From: Carpediemonas membranifera BICM
Taxonomy: Eukaryota > Protista > Fornicata
Length of the DNA: 46,357 nt
Direction: 5' to 3'
NCBI GenBank assembly: GCA_019828565.1
Contig: JAHDYR010000061.1
Coordinates: 1-46,357 of the forward strand
Below, piece after piece: positions 10,204 to 20,476 of the stretch. The notes beneath the pieces are model-generated. The model was not told where the DNA came from. It saw only the letters and a program-made list of their open reading frames with translations, and ran no database searches. The translations under genes and the position numbers were made by a program. Position 1 is the stretch's first letter. Each line of letters opens with the position of its first letter.

Positions 10204-12759
10204 ATGGCGCTTCAACTGAAGTGGAAACTGTCTAACGGATCTATCTATGCTCCGGAGGGCACTGATGACATCAATACCATCCTTTGCAGCGTCTGGCTCT
10301 CGATTGACGCAGTGGATCGCCGTATTAACGGATTTGATACCTCCAAACACCAGCAAAGGCTCGAGCTAGCCCGCATCGCGCAGGAACTAATCAATATCGG
10401 CGCTGTATCGCGTGAGGCTATTTCTAGCAATCTCTACCCAGCGCCATCATCCACTAGCATCTCAAAGGAGAAGAAGGCACACCGCTCTGGTCCCAGTCAC
10501 CTTTACGTTGGTGCATATGTTCTGCATTCTGATAGCGTCGGCCTCGAGGCAGAGAATGCTCGTCTACGAAAGCGTATTGCTGACACTGAACGTCTTCTGC
10601 AGGTGTCCAACGAGCTCAGGGCCATCACGATCGGCGTGAATGCAGTCAATGACGAGATTCACATCATGCAAGCCCTTGCACAGAGACTCAACCTTGACAT
10701 TATCAACATCAAACAGGTCACAAACCAAGTCAAGTCGCTTCAGTGCAGCATTCGGAACATCGCAGACGTTGAAACCATTGTCAAGTCGCATAGGAACTTG
10801 AAAAAGGCCCTAAAGGGCTACATACCCATGGCGATCACTCAAGAGACACGAGCAAAGAGGACGGACAAGGATCACCGCGAGTATGACCTCGACCTGATTA
10901 CCCACGTCGACGCAGACCTCGAACAAGTCAACGCTACATTCGACGGCGACGACTATAACACTGAAGTGCTCAGAGGTACGACGGTGTGCATCTTCTACGA
11001 ATCGGCAATGAAGCGAAGTGCACATTATGACGTGATGAAGAGAGCCGGTCTCAACCCGCGTCTCCAGTCTAGCGGCAGGTATTCCCATGTGCAACACGCT
11101 GAGTTTGACCTCATGCGGTACTATCGCCAGGCGGTGGCTTCGCCTATCGATCTCGAGACGTCAAGGGCTGCTCGTAAGAACGTGGGCAAGCAGTTGACAG
11201 CGCAGACTCAAGCTGAAGAGACTCAGACAGTGCCGCTTGATCTTCTCGTCTGGGTCGATGGATGGCGAGGGTTGACTACATCTGTGAAGGTTCGGTTTGT
11301 CGATATCTCCGGCAAAGTCTTCCCGTCAGGCGGAACACCACCCTTCCGCATACTCGAGTACAACGGACCAGAGAAGCGCATTGGAGAATTCTTCGACTTC
11401 ATCGAGCGCTCAGTCGAGAGTACCCATCGCGAGGCACTTGAGGTGAGAAATACCGGTCTCCTGTGCCGTGTCACCCGCGTTATGTTCATCGCAGACCACC
11501 CAGCGATGTCAAAAGTCTGTGGAACCTTGATTGGCGGCAGCTATCCCTCTCCATTCAGCTCGGTACATGCTGACAACAAGGCCTGGAGCCCATTCGGTCT
11601 CACCCCACGAAACACGATTGCAGACGTGATGTATGCGAAGAAGATGTCTGTTGAGGACAAGACAGTCCTGGATAGAGAGAAGAAGTGGGGGTCGTTCTAC
11701 AACAAGAAGAATAAGTGCATCATGCCCAGCCTATTTGAGAACTCGGATGACCCAACTCTCGATAGGGGCAAAATCTTCCTTGTCCCGCCGATCATGCACC
11801 TCAGTCATGACTTCGTCTCCTTGATACACAACATTTGTCGGATGTTCAAGCCAATTGAGGTCGACCCAGACTCTACCCCGGAGGAAATCAAGACCAAGAA
11901 GGCCAGAAACGCTGACCTCGCCAGGCTGGCTAAGTTTGAACCTCCCAGTCGCACGACTGGCTGTAATGAGCAAGTGAAGGGGAGGAAGATGATCGCGTCA
12001 ATTGGAAACAGTCTCTACATGGCATTCCCTCCCCCCGTTCAGCCACTTTTCAGACTCGTTGCCTACCTGCAAGAGCATTATTACTCTCACGAGGAGGCCA
12101 CGGATGACATTATCACCTGGCATCGACTGACAGCGTTGCTTGTTCACCTCTTTTCACTGACAATGTGTCTGAACACGACCAGCACCGTGTCGGAGTCTAT
12201 TCCAATCCGGCCGCCGTCTAAGGTAGCCAAGAAGGCTCCCTCCATCGACACACTTCATGGCTTAGCGCGAGTTGCTGTGTTGCCGGAGATTCAGTCAAAA
12301 ATCCGAGTCCCACTTGGCCGGATCATTGAGGAGTCATTCGAGCGCGACTTTATTGGCAATCAGGACAGTAGAGTACACTTAAGGCGCAACCAGATGGTCC
12401 TTGAGAGAACGATATTGAAGGAGCAGGTCGAGTTGTTTTACCGATTCCTCCGTGGCGTCGTCTCGTATGGGCGACAGTCAACAGACGTTCCCCACCAAAT
12501 ACGTCTGAAGACAATGCGCGTCCATCGCTGCTGCAAGGACGCCAAACACTGGATCCGTATTCGGAGCGAGGGCACTGGAACATTGGACGAGGGAGACTGT
12601 CAGAAACTGTTACCTCTGTTTGAAGGTCAAGTGGATGGTCTATGGAAGAAGGTGTTGAGGCAGGTAGGGCTCGTGTTTGACGGGCAATGGTTAGACATCG
12701 ATGTCCATGAGGAAGGAGAGATCTCACTGGATGTGTGCATCTGCGGCAAGTATGAGTAA
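10204..12759 (+). CDS. Putative DDE transposase (CACTA/Chapaev/Transib-RAG1-like), subfamily 2
   Basis: 851 aa. VWVDGW (D352), IADHPAMSKVCG...GGSYP (D431), PPIMH (H532) and IEESFER (E713) mirror the D, DxPA, MH and FER motifs of that group and are conserved in paralog 17897-20476. Lies near a TIR-like end. Confidence 0.7.
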   Translation: MALQLKWKLSNGSIYAPEGTDDINTILCSVWLSIDAVDRRINGFDTSKHQQRLELARIAQELINIGAVSREAISSNLYPAPSSTSISKEKKAHRSGPSHLYVGAYVLHSDSVGLEAENARLRKRIADTERLLQVSNELRAITIGVNAVNDEIHIMQALAQRLNLDIINIKQVTNQVKSLQCSIRNIADVETIVKSHRNLKKALKGYIPMAITQETRAKRTDKDHREYDLDLITHVDADLEQVNATFDGDDYNTEVLRGTTVCIFYESAMKRSAHYDVMKRAGLNPRLQSSGRYSHVQHAEFDLMRYYRQAVASPIDLETSRAARKNVGKQLTAQTQAEETQTVPLDLLVWVDGWRGLTTSVKVRFVDISGKVFPSGGTPPFRILEYNGPEKRIGEFFDFIERSVESTHREALEVRNTGLLCRVTRVMFIADHPAMSKVCGTLIGGSYPSPFSSVHADNKAWSPFGLTPRNTIADVMYAKKMSVEDKTVLDREKKWGSFYNKKNKCIMPSLFENSDDPTLDRGKIFLVPPIMHLSHDFVSLIHNICRMFKPIEVDPDSTPEEIKTKKARNADLARLAKFEPPSRTTGCNEQVKGRKMIASIGNSLYMAFPPPVQPLFRLVAYLQEHYYSHEEATDDIITWHRLTALLVHLFSLTMCLNTTSTVSESIPIRPPSKVAKKAPSIDTLHGLARVAVLPEIQSKIRVPLGRIIEESFERDFIGNQDSRVHLRRNQMVLERTILKEQVELFYRFLRGVVSYGRQSTDVPHQIRLKTMRVHRCCKDAKHWIRIRSEGTGTLDEGDCQKLLPLFEGQVDGLWKKVLRQVGLVFDGQWLDIDVHEEGEISLDVCICGKYE

Positions 12760-13164
12760 AGAACGAAAACATGATTGGTAGTTATAGATCACGAGAATAG
12801 GCATTCTCATCCGCATTGCGGAGAAAAGGAGTTGATGTTGTATTAAGAAAAGGACGAATGCATTATCAGCCATTTGAATGCATGGCTCCGAACTACACGC
12901 GTCTCGGCGTTGATATTGGTTATTAAATGCACTGCTGGTAACATATTGAGGGATTTCGTCACTGTACTCGAATGCACAAGTGTGCAGTTTATGCTTTCTC
13001 GGCCAGCCGACGATATTTACCACCACAGACAGCTGCATACAGGCTGTAGACTAGACATATACAGCAGGCTGAGTAATATAGCACCATACCCACCTACAAA
13101 CCGCGAATCAACCTCAAGGTCACATAAACATAAGCGATACGGTCGGTATATCAATCCTTTACTC

Positions 13165-14709
13165 TTACTTCTTCACTGACCATCTCCTCCTCTTCAGCCC
13201 GGGAGGAACCTTGCGCAGAGTGGCGTGTCCCCTTGTCACTTCGACCGCATACTCGATTTCCCACTCGCGACACTGTTGGGCAAAACACGCCAGGGCGCTC
13301 TGGCCGTTTTCGTTGGGCTTAAACGCGACATGTGTCACTTTGCCCTCCTCAGACTTGCTAAAAACGTACATGCCGACGACTGGATCGATCTTTGGGTCAA
13401 AATCCCGGACAACATGGAGGTATGCAACGGACTTTCCAGTCATTGAGCACCAGGCTTCAACAGCCCACTGAGTCAACCACTTCTCCTGTATGATTGGCTT
13501 ACCGATGTTGCCCTCCTCCGTGACAGTGTGTACACTGCACACTTCATGGAAAAGTTCGTCCCGGAGACCCTCCTCGGGTCGCCTGTACCCCGGAGTGGCC
13601 CGCCGGTTCATCTCTATCGCTTCCTTGTATATCTGCTCGCGGTAGTTGTCCGCCTTCGTCTCCGCTGCACACTGCTCTTCATTCGTCATCGTCTCCCAGC
13701 TCTTGAACGCATGAGGCTCCGTGACGCCCTCGATCATCATGAGGCAGTGTGTTATACAGTTGCCGTGGGGCAGGGTTTTGTATCTGACCCACTGCTTGCT
13801 CTTCTCCAGCTGATTGGCGACGTCAACTCTAAACTTGACTTCCCTGCTCCTCATCTGCTCGGAAGCTGGGTCGACGTGGTCGACCTGGACATATTCAACG
13901 TCCGACTCAGCCTCGAATGCCACCTCGTTGTCTGCCTCTTGCTCCTTATCTGCCTCACGCTTCTCCTCTGACTCTGCATTCACCTCTGACTCAGCCATCT
14001 CGTTCTCCTGCTCCTCCTCCTCTGCCTCACCCTCCTCCACTGGCTCCTCTTCCTCCTCTGACTCCTCCTCCGAGTCCTCTGGCCTGGCCTTCTCGGGCGT
14101 GATGATGAGGGCCTTGCGCTTCACAGACATGGCTGCCTGCGCCTCGTCCGTATCGCGTCGGGGACAGGAAGTCCTGGAGACTGTGCCAGACTGTGGCGGG
14201 ATGGGGCTGCATGGGAGTGATGCATCCATGGACTTGTCAGCGTCATAGGCTGCCTCTCGCTCAGCCTGCTGCTGCAGAAGGCGTCGATGCAGCGTGATGA
14301 CTTCCTCACTCTTTGCCGTCAAGCTCTTCCTCAACTGCTTGACTCTCTTCTTGTATCCTCGAACAATTTTGTGATAGTAATCGATGATAGCGCCAGTACC
14401 TGGGGGGAGCAGGGGCGTACCTTCTCCCGCGGGGGTCTCCAACCATTCCAGGGCGATGATGTACTCTTCGAAGTACGAGCGGCAGGAGTGCTTCATGTAA
14501 GCAAGGTCTGCCTCCTTGCTGCGCACCCTGGCAACCATTGCTGTGACATGGTCGCGCACAAGCGCGTTGGTGGATGTCGCGTTGCGCCACGCCCGAACCT
14601 TGACACTCAGCGCCTCTTTTTCGATACGCGCGCCCTCATTCTCCTTGGCATACTCAGCCCTCTTGGAGTTCTTGAAGGCTGTGACAGCGGCCGACTCAAA
14701 CGCCTTCAT
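13165..14709 (-). CDS. Coiled-coil/acidic N-terminus plus OTU-like protease, 5'-truncated relative to 1839-3598
   Basis: About 14052-14754 is nearly identical to 2126-2828. C-terminus TLPHGNCITHCL...YREQI...WAVEAWC...RGHAT is OTU-like but divergent. Confidence 0.75.
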   Translation of the reverse strand: MKAFESAAVTAFKNSKRAEYAKENEGARIEKEALSVKVRAWRNATSTNALVRDHVTAMVARVRSKEADLAYMKHSCRSYFEEYIIALEWLETPAGEGTPLLPPGTGAIIDYYHKIVRGYKKRVKQLRKSLTAKSEEVITLHRRLLQQQAEREAAYDADKSMDASLPCSPIPPQSGTVSRTSCPRRDTDEAQAAMSVKRKALIITPEKARPEDSEEESEEEEEPVEEGEAEEEEQENEMAESEVNAESEEKREADKEQEADNEVAFEAESDVEYVQVDHVDPASEQMRSREVKFRVDVANQLEKSKQWVRYKTLPHGNCITHCLMMIEGVTEPHAFKSWETMTNEEQCAAETKADNYREQIYKEAIEMNRRATPGYRRPEEGLRDELFHEVCSVHTVTEEGNIGKPIIQEKWLTQWAVEAWCSMTGKSVAYLHVVRDFDPKIDPVVGMYVFSKSEEGKVTHVAFKPNENGQSALACFAQQCREWEIEYAVEVTRGHATLRKVPPGLKRRRWSVKK

Positions 14710-15126
14710 CTCCTTCTCCGTGAAGGTTGCCTCGATGTTCTCGTTCGAGGTCTTGACTCAGGTATTCTGGCCATGCCTGGTACTCTCAAATCATCTATAC
14801 TGCTCTGTGGTTCATTTATAGTTCATATCGTATGGTCCTGATGGACTTATAGTTGTTGATGTTGTTTAGGGATTATTGTTGCTTTAATGATGCTCTGCGC
14901 CCGCTTACTGATGTTTCTTAGTGTTGTACACATGCCTACTACGTTAAAGCCGCCAGTATTCTTTCTATTCTTAAGTTCCTCATTTCAGTCTCGTTGCGAG
15001 CATAAAGTGCGAAATAGTGGCCAATTGGCCACTACGATATCGGCAATTAAGACAGTAACAGGAGCGTTTGGTGCGCAGATCAAGACTTTTTAACAATATC
15101 AACAAACGGTTCACTCACTTTCTCGT

Positions 15127-15202
15127 CATACTGTCAATTCCTTGACTTCAAGTCAAGTTTTTGTGACTTAAAGTCAAGGCCAAAACTTGACTTTAAGTCA
15201 AG
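15127..15202 (+). repeat. Left terminus, subfamily 1 (nested insertion)
   Basis: catactgtcaa, with palindromes centred at 15149, 15170 and 15194. Interrupts ...ctttctcgt^ttaacg, which is intact at 29113. Confidence 0.85.
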
Positions 15203-15382
15203 ACGTTTGAATTAATCAGAGGAACCAGGCTCTGTCAGTAAATAAGAATGGTATGGCTGGGTAGCAGTACTAGTTCTCTATTCACTGCATTGATGGCTAA
15301 CTGTGGGCTAAGCTGTGACCTGAGTATGGGTGACTTCTTCTTGACGACGAGAGCCATTTTTTTCAAGTTCGACCACTTTGGC

Positions 15383-15465
15383 TCTGTCCCCTTCGCAGTT
15401 TTTTGCAGGATCTGATCTACACCAGTAGTGCTTGTGATCCAACAAAAATCTGCGAAGGGGACAGA
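15383..15465. other. Long hairpin (16-bp perfect outer stem); copy at 5338-5420
   Basis: tctgtccccttcgcag pairs with ctgcgaaggggacaga, with inner T/A-run and ggatc/gatcc pairing. Confidence 0.9.
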
Positions 15466-16360
15466 ACAGATCTCGAGATTTTTAGCAAAAGACTCGGGCC
15501 GAGTCGAGAGGCGTTATTGATGAGCGCACAGCTCAGGGAATTTTTCTACGCTGCAACTAAAAACCAAGAGGCCGAGTAAACACAAGTATTACTACACGAT
15601 GATGCCCAGACCGTCGTGTAAGGAGAACATTCTTGGGCGGTCAACGCGAAGAAAAAGTTAAAGTTATTGAAATTAAAAAGACGGCAATGTACTCGCCCTT
15701 GGCTGAAACCTCAGGCATAATGGTTTCAGGTGTGAACTCTTCCAATTGGGGGAGTTATTGTCATTGTTCAGGTTAAGGTCACGCCGCCTGCATGAAAAAA
15801 ATTGGTAATGACGGAAGCAATGTCGGAGATATCCAGAAATGGCTGTGATAGAGCTCATAGCAAGACAGCATTCGAGATATGTGCCCATCTGAGCATGCTT
15901 TCGCTCATTCTAGATGGCATAAGCCTCTTTTCCCACAACTAATCAATATCAAGTCGGCTTTTACTCAGTATCGCTCGCTCAGACATCTGAAACGTCCCGA
16001 TTGGCAACATAACCCTGCTGGAACAGTGAAGTGGCGAGCATAGAGTTCCATTGATGACGAAAGGTTGCGACCGGCAAGCGCCTGATTCATACGGCCATTT
16101 GGGGCGGTGCGAGAGTCAATCTCGTTAATGAAAGGTAGGATGATGCGCGTATGAGTGTTTGTAGGGTCACTAACGACCTTAATGACGAGTTAGGACGTGT
16201 GTGGCAGGGCCGTGCGCTGCCGGAATACACAGGGCAGATTCGCCCCGTTGATTCCAGAAGCTCGCCGCTCTTCCACGCACGATAGTCAATACAGGGATAG
16301 ATACACATCTGGACCTCTTTTATACAGCCAACCAGGCTCCGCATAAACTGCGCATTTCAG

Positions 16361-16591
16361 ATGACGCCCGATGAAGAAAACACACGAGCGACGCCGGTAT
16401 CGCCGGCGAAACGTATAGCATTAACGATTGAAGGGATAGAATTGGAGCTAGACGTTGTTTATGGGATTCAACGAGCGCACTTCATTGATTCTCGCATTGA
16501 TGGTGAATTGGAGCAGATGAAGCGCTGCACGGCAAGGATCAAGACATTTTGTTCATACTACATAGCAAATTACAACGAGTTTTCGATGTGA
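16361..16591 (+). CDS. Small end-proximal protein of unknown function
   Basis: Paralog of 8416-8622 (IQxxxFIDSR). Confidence 0.55.
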   Translation: MTPDEENTRATPVSPAKRIALTIEGIELELDVVYGIQRAHFIDSRIDGELEQMKRCTARIKTFCSYYIANYNEFSM

Positions 16592-17855
16592 ATAGATCAG
16601 TAAATAGAGAGAAAACCTGTAGCAGCCGATAAACACTGTCAGTCAACAGCCCAACCGAAGACACGCCAAAACACAAGCACAAGTCAGTTTTACTCAGTTT
16701 GATTCCCGCAATTGCAGAGTAGTTCTCATGGCAGTCTTTGCAGAGCTTATATGTCACTCTTCGGGCGTCGACAACTCCGGTGATCGTTTCGCTCTCTAAA
16801 CATCCCTTCAGACCGCAGTACCAGTGGCCACAGATCCGGCAGTGATAAGCTTTGGCGGCCAGGTTCATCTTGCCACACTCTGCGCACTCATCCCGAGCAC
16901 ACTCTGGGCAGACCTTCTTCTTCCAGGACTTGGAACACTTTGAATGGAACCAACGCTTGCATGAGTCACAGAATGGATGCATGCTGCTGCCAACGTTGGT
17001 CACCCAGTCTAGACAGTGGCACTTGCCGCAGCCGTAGCTGAGGCGACGGAGCTCCAGCTGCACAAGCTGCACGTTTTCTTCGGCGGGCTGGGCAGACCGA
17101 CCCTCTGCCTCTTCAACAACATCTTCATCGCTGGAATCATACTTCGACCGCTTCATGTCAAACTTCTCATTCAGCTGGAGAAGATCTCTGTGGACCAGCT
17201 GAAGTCTATCATCGAGGTCGTCACGTTCTCTGCGGGGAACTGGATCGGGTTTCACGTTGCCAAGGATGCTGTCTGGTGCTTCGCTCTTCACATCGGCACA
17301 TGCCGGAGGTGGAGTGCGAACGGCAACCATGGTTCTGACTGTCTTCTTGCTGCCTCGATACGGAACCATGTTTCTCACATCCTCACAAGGCAGACCACGC
17401 GGAACCTGAATCGATCTGCTTTCGATATCCTTCAAACCAACAAGATCCAGAATCTCTCGAACGGCATCCGTCATGATGGAGGTGTTGCTGTGCCTTTTCA
17501 GCGCGGTAACCTGATGGAAGATGCGACTGGTGTTGTAGGCGATGGTGTAGCCGATCCTCACACCCCACTTCCGCACGTGACACTGGGCAAATCTTCCAGT
17601 CGTCATGTTCTTGTTCTTCTCATCTTTGGAGACGATAAGAAGCTTCTCAAACATGACTGAGATCGGGACAAGGATATGCTTCACTTGGTTGTTGAAGGAG
17701 TTCACGATTGCTTCGGCGGATAGGCCAGATTGCTCATCATCAACGTCGTTTGAGATGACGAAGAACGTATCAAGCATTGCAGCAGCAAAAATGGCACGGC
17801 ATACGGTGATCTTTCTGTCAGAAAGAGACTTTATAGCCTTACTGTCTTCTACCAT
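16539..17855 (-). CDS. PHD finger plus FYVE-like finger protein
   Basis: CGKC...CDSCKRWFHSKC...CPEC (C4HC3), then CAEC...YHCRICGHWYC...C...KLCKDC. The true stop may be earlier, since the paralog ends soon after the last Cys pair. Confidence 0.8.
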   Translation of the reverse strand: MVEDSKAIKSLSDRKITVCRAIFAAAMLDTFFVISNDVDDEQSGLSAEAIVNSFNNQVKHILVPISVMFEKLLIVSKDEKNKNMTTGRFAQCHVRKWGVRIGYTIAYNTSRIFHQVTALKRHSNTSIMTDAVREILDLVGLKDIESRSIQVPRGLPCEDVRNMVPYRGSKKTVRTMVAVRTPPPACADVKSEAPDSILGNVKPDPVPRRERDDLDDRLQLVHRDLLQLNEKFDMKRSKYDSSDEDVVEEAEGRSAQPAEENVQLVQLELRRLSYGCGKCHCLDWVTNVGSSMHPFCDSCKRWFHSKCSKSWKKKVCPECARDECAECGKMNLAAKAYHCRICGHWYCGLKGCLESETITGVVDARRVTYKLCKDCHENYSAIAGIKLSKTDLCLCFGVSSVGLLTDSVYRLLQVFSLFTDLFTSKTRCNLLCSMNKMS

Positions 17856-17896
17856 ATGGATCTAAAGGAGAATTTCAGTGATTTTTGGTTTACTAA

Positions 17897-20476
17897 GTGA
17901 GTATGTCACAAATGAGGGCTACGCTTCGCTGGGAGCTTCAAGATGCTCTTATCTTTGCTCCAAGAGACGAGGAGAACGTGAATATTATTCTTGCTAATGT
18001 GTACCGCTCTCTTGATCCCGAGTTTGGACGTCGCGCTGTTGGAAGCGCCGAAGGAACGGGCTCCAAGGAACTGGCACGCCATACGTTCTCTCACATCGTT
18101 CATGAGCTCGTCAATTCTGCTATCATTGATCGAGAAGAGGTTGATCAGGCGTTCTTGGCTATCAACCCACGTAAGTTCGCTGGAGTCGTGAGGAGCTATA
18201 CCCAACAACGCTTTTGGACAGAGGCTTACGTCTCACGCCACCGTGAGATAGCACGCCTTCAGGATCGCATTGCGGTCCTCGAGCGGACAGTTGCTAACAC
18301 TGAACGAGTCATGTGCTTAGTGAACGCCCTTCGGTCGGTCTCAGAGGGTGTCAATTCTGTCTCTGACAGCGTTGTCATATTTAACAACATCGCGTCCAAG
18401 CTTGGCTGTGGGGAGGAGGTGATTCGACAGTCGAACAACCAGTTGAGGTTGATGAGCGTCGATGGTGACATCAGGAGACTAAGCGGCATCGAAGCCATTC
18501 TTTCCGAAAAACAGTTCGACTTCCTCGCCCCACTAGTGCCGACAACACTCGAAACAGGTCACAATACGTTCAGGTACAAGGATGACAAGGCGTACCCCCT
18601 AGAGCAGACGCTGCGCTTCCGTGCATCAGAGGATGACATCCCCCTTGTCAGAGACTCGGCCAGATCCATTGGTATTGACGCCGACGTTTCGGTGGAGGGT
18701 GCTTTCATGACGGTTTTCTACAACTCGGTGACTGCTCGCGATGCACACATCCCGCACCTGAAAACTCTCGGTTTCACGCTGAAGAAGCTCACGAGCGCCA
18801 CATGGCAGTATGTCCAAGAGGCACATTTTGATCTTCGTGCCCACTTCGAGAAACTTGTCGCATATCCACAGGCCGCTTGTCTGACCGTCAAGGAGCGTGA
18901 TGCAGTCAGTGCCGCTCTGAACCAACAGCGGTCACACGTTGACCCAGACGAACAGCCCCGGACCATTCCTCTCGTCCTCATTGTTTGGTTCGATGCCTGG
19001 AAGAGCCAGACGACAGCCCTGAAGTGCCGCTTCTACGATCCCAGTGGCTTCGTGTTTCCCTCGATTCTGACGCCCCCTTTTCGCGTGTTAGAATACCAAG
19101 GTAAGGAAAGTGACATCCGGTCACATTTCTCTGTTGTCGATCAGATCATTGACATGGCTTGCAAGGCTGTGCCAAAGGTACGAGACACACGTCACTACTG
19201 CTCGATCGAGAAGCTCATACTGATCGCTGACCACCCTGCTATGGCGAAGATGATCGGAACCACATGCGGCGGTGACTATCCCTCCCCATTCCAGCCAATC
19301 CACGCGGCAAACAAGGGGTGGAGTCCATTCGGCGTTAGATATCGTTTGTCGCTGTACGATGTTGTGAAGGCAAAGCAGATGGTCAGTGACGCAGAGCCTG
19401 GGGTCGACCTGACTCTTGAGTGGGGATCTTTCAAGGCCAAGAAGGAGAAAGTGATTCGCCCCACGATGCTCGCATCAACAGAGATACCGCTCTCGGAAGT
19501 ATATATATCCCCGCCAATCATGCACATCAGTCACGATCTGATCGAGCAGTTCGGAAATATCTTTAAGATGTTCCCCAGCTACACCGTTGAAGGGCGCGGA
19601 GAGGAGAGAGTGGCGATAGTCCGGAGAAACAAGATGCTACAGCGCGCAAAGAATTTTGAGGCGCCCGACCGCACTACTGGGTGCAACGAGCAAGTTAAGG
19701 GCAGGAAACTCATGGCCAACCTGGCTAAGGAGCTGTATACAGCGTTCCCCCACCGCGTCCAATCTGTCATGCGTTTGGCTGGGTATCTACAGGCACACTA
19801 CTACGCCATGGATCCAGTTACGGACGAGGTCGCCATCTGGCATCGTTACGCAGCTTTAGTCATCCACATATTTCACCTCACGTTGTGCTTGAAGGTGTCT
19901 GCTATCGACAGGGAGGACTACAGGTTCCCTATCCTCCGGCGCGCGCATGTGGGTGACAATGCACCCTGCATCCAAACAATACAAGCCAACGACCGCCTGG
20001 TTGCCTTGCCGGAACTTCAAGCTTCTCTCCGGATTCCTTTTGGTCGAGTCATTGAGGAGTATTTCGAGCGAGAGTTCATCTCTAACCAGGAATCCCGTGT
20101 TCATCTCCGCCGGAACAAGGTGTTGGGTCGCTTGATTTTGCTGGATCAGGTCAATCAGATCTACCGGTTTATGAGGGGCGTTGTCTCCCACGGTCGCAAG
20201 AATGGTAATGTACCCATTCTCTCCAAACTCAAGACTATGAGAGTCCACAAGTGTTGCAAGGATGTGAAGAAATGGCTGTCGATTCCGAGGGACCTGATTG
20301 TGACGACTATGTCTGATGCTGACTATTCTCGCTTGAAGCCGATATTCACAGTCGAGCTAGAGGGACTCTGGAAGGAGGTGAACAGGAGAGCCGGGCTGAC
20401 ATTTGATGACCAGTTCCTCGTGCTGCCAGTTCACGATGATGGGGTGGAGACACTCGATATTTGCATTTGTAGATGA
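17897..20476 (+). CDS. Putative DDE transposase, subfamily 1
   Basis: 859 aa. VWFDAW, IADHPAMAKMIG...GGDYP, PPIMH, RTTGCNEQVKGRK, IEEYFER, C-terminal HKCC...CIC; colinear with 10204-12759. Confidence 0.7.
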   Translation: MSMSQMRATLRWELQDALIFAPRDEENVNIILANVYRSLDPEFGRRAVGSAEGTGSKELARHTFSHIVHELVNSAIIDREEVDQAFLAINPRKFAGVVRSYTQQRFWTEAYVSRHREIARLQDRIAVLERTVANTERVMCLVNALRSVSEGVNSVSDSVVIFNNIASKLGCGEEVIRQSNNQLRLMSVDGDIRRLSGIEAILSEKQFDFLAPLVPTTLETGHNTFRYKDDKAYPLEQTLRFRASEDDIPLVRDSARSIGIDADVSVEGAFMTVFYNSVTARDAHIPHLKTLGFTLKKLTSATWQYVQEAHFDLRAHFEKLVAYPQAACLTVKERDAVSAALNQQRSHVDPDEQPRTIPLVLIVWFDAWKSQTTALKCRFYDPSGFVFPSILTPPFRVLEYQGKESDIRSHFSVVDQIIDMACKAVPKVRDTRHYCSIEKLILIADHPAMAKMIGTTCGGDYPSPFQPIHAANKGWSPFGVRYRLSLYDVVKAKQMVSDAEPGVDLTLEWGSFKAKKEKVIRPTMLASTEIPLSEVYISPPIMHISHDLIEQFGNIFKMFPSYTVEGRGEERVAIVRRNKMLQRAKNFEAPDRTTGCNEQVKGRKLMANLAKELYTAFPHRVQSVMRLAGYLQAHYYAMDPVTDEVAIWHRYAALVIHIFHLTLCLKVSAIDREDYRFPILRRAHVGDNAPCIQTIQANDRLVALPELQASLRIPFGRVIEEYFEREFISNQESRVHLRRNKVLGRLILLDQVNQIYRFMRGVVSHGRKNGNVPILSKLKTMRVHKCCKDVKKWLSIPRDLIVTTMSDADYSRLKPIFTVELEGLWKEVNRRAGLTFDDQFLVLPVHDDGVETLDICICR

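Noticed and set aside
8892-20476. A true RAG1/RAG2 (ProtoRAG) locus
   Set aside because: The partner has no kelch repeats, the genes are head-to-head rather than convergent, and the ends lack a CAC start and nonamer. Kept only as an analogy.
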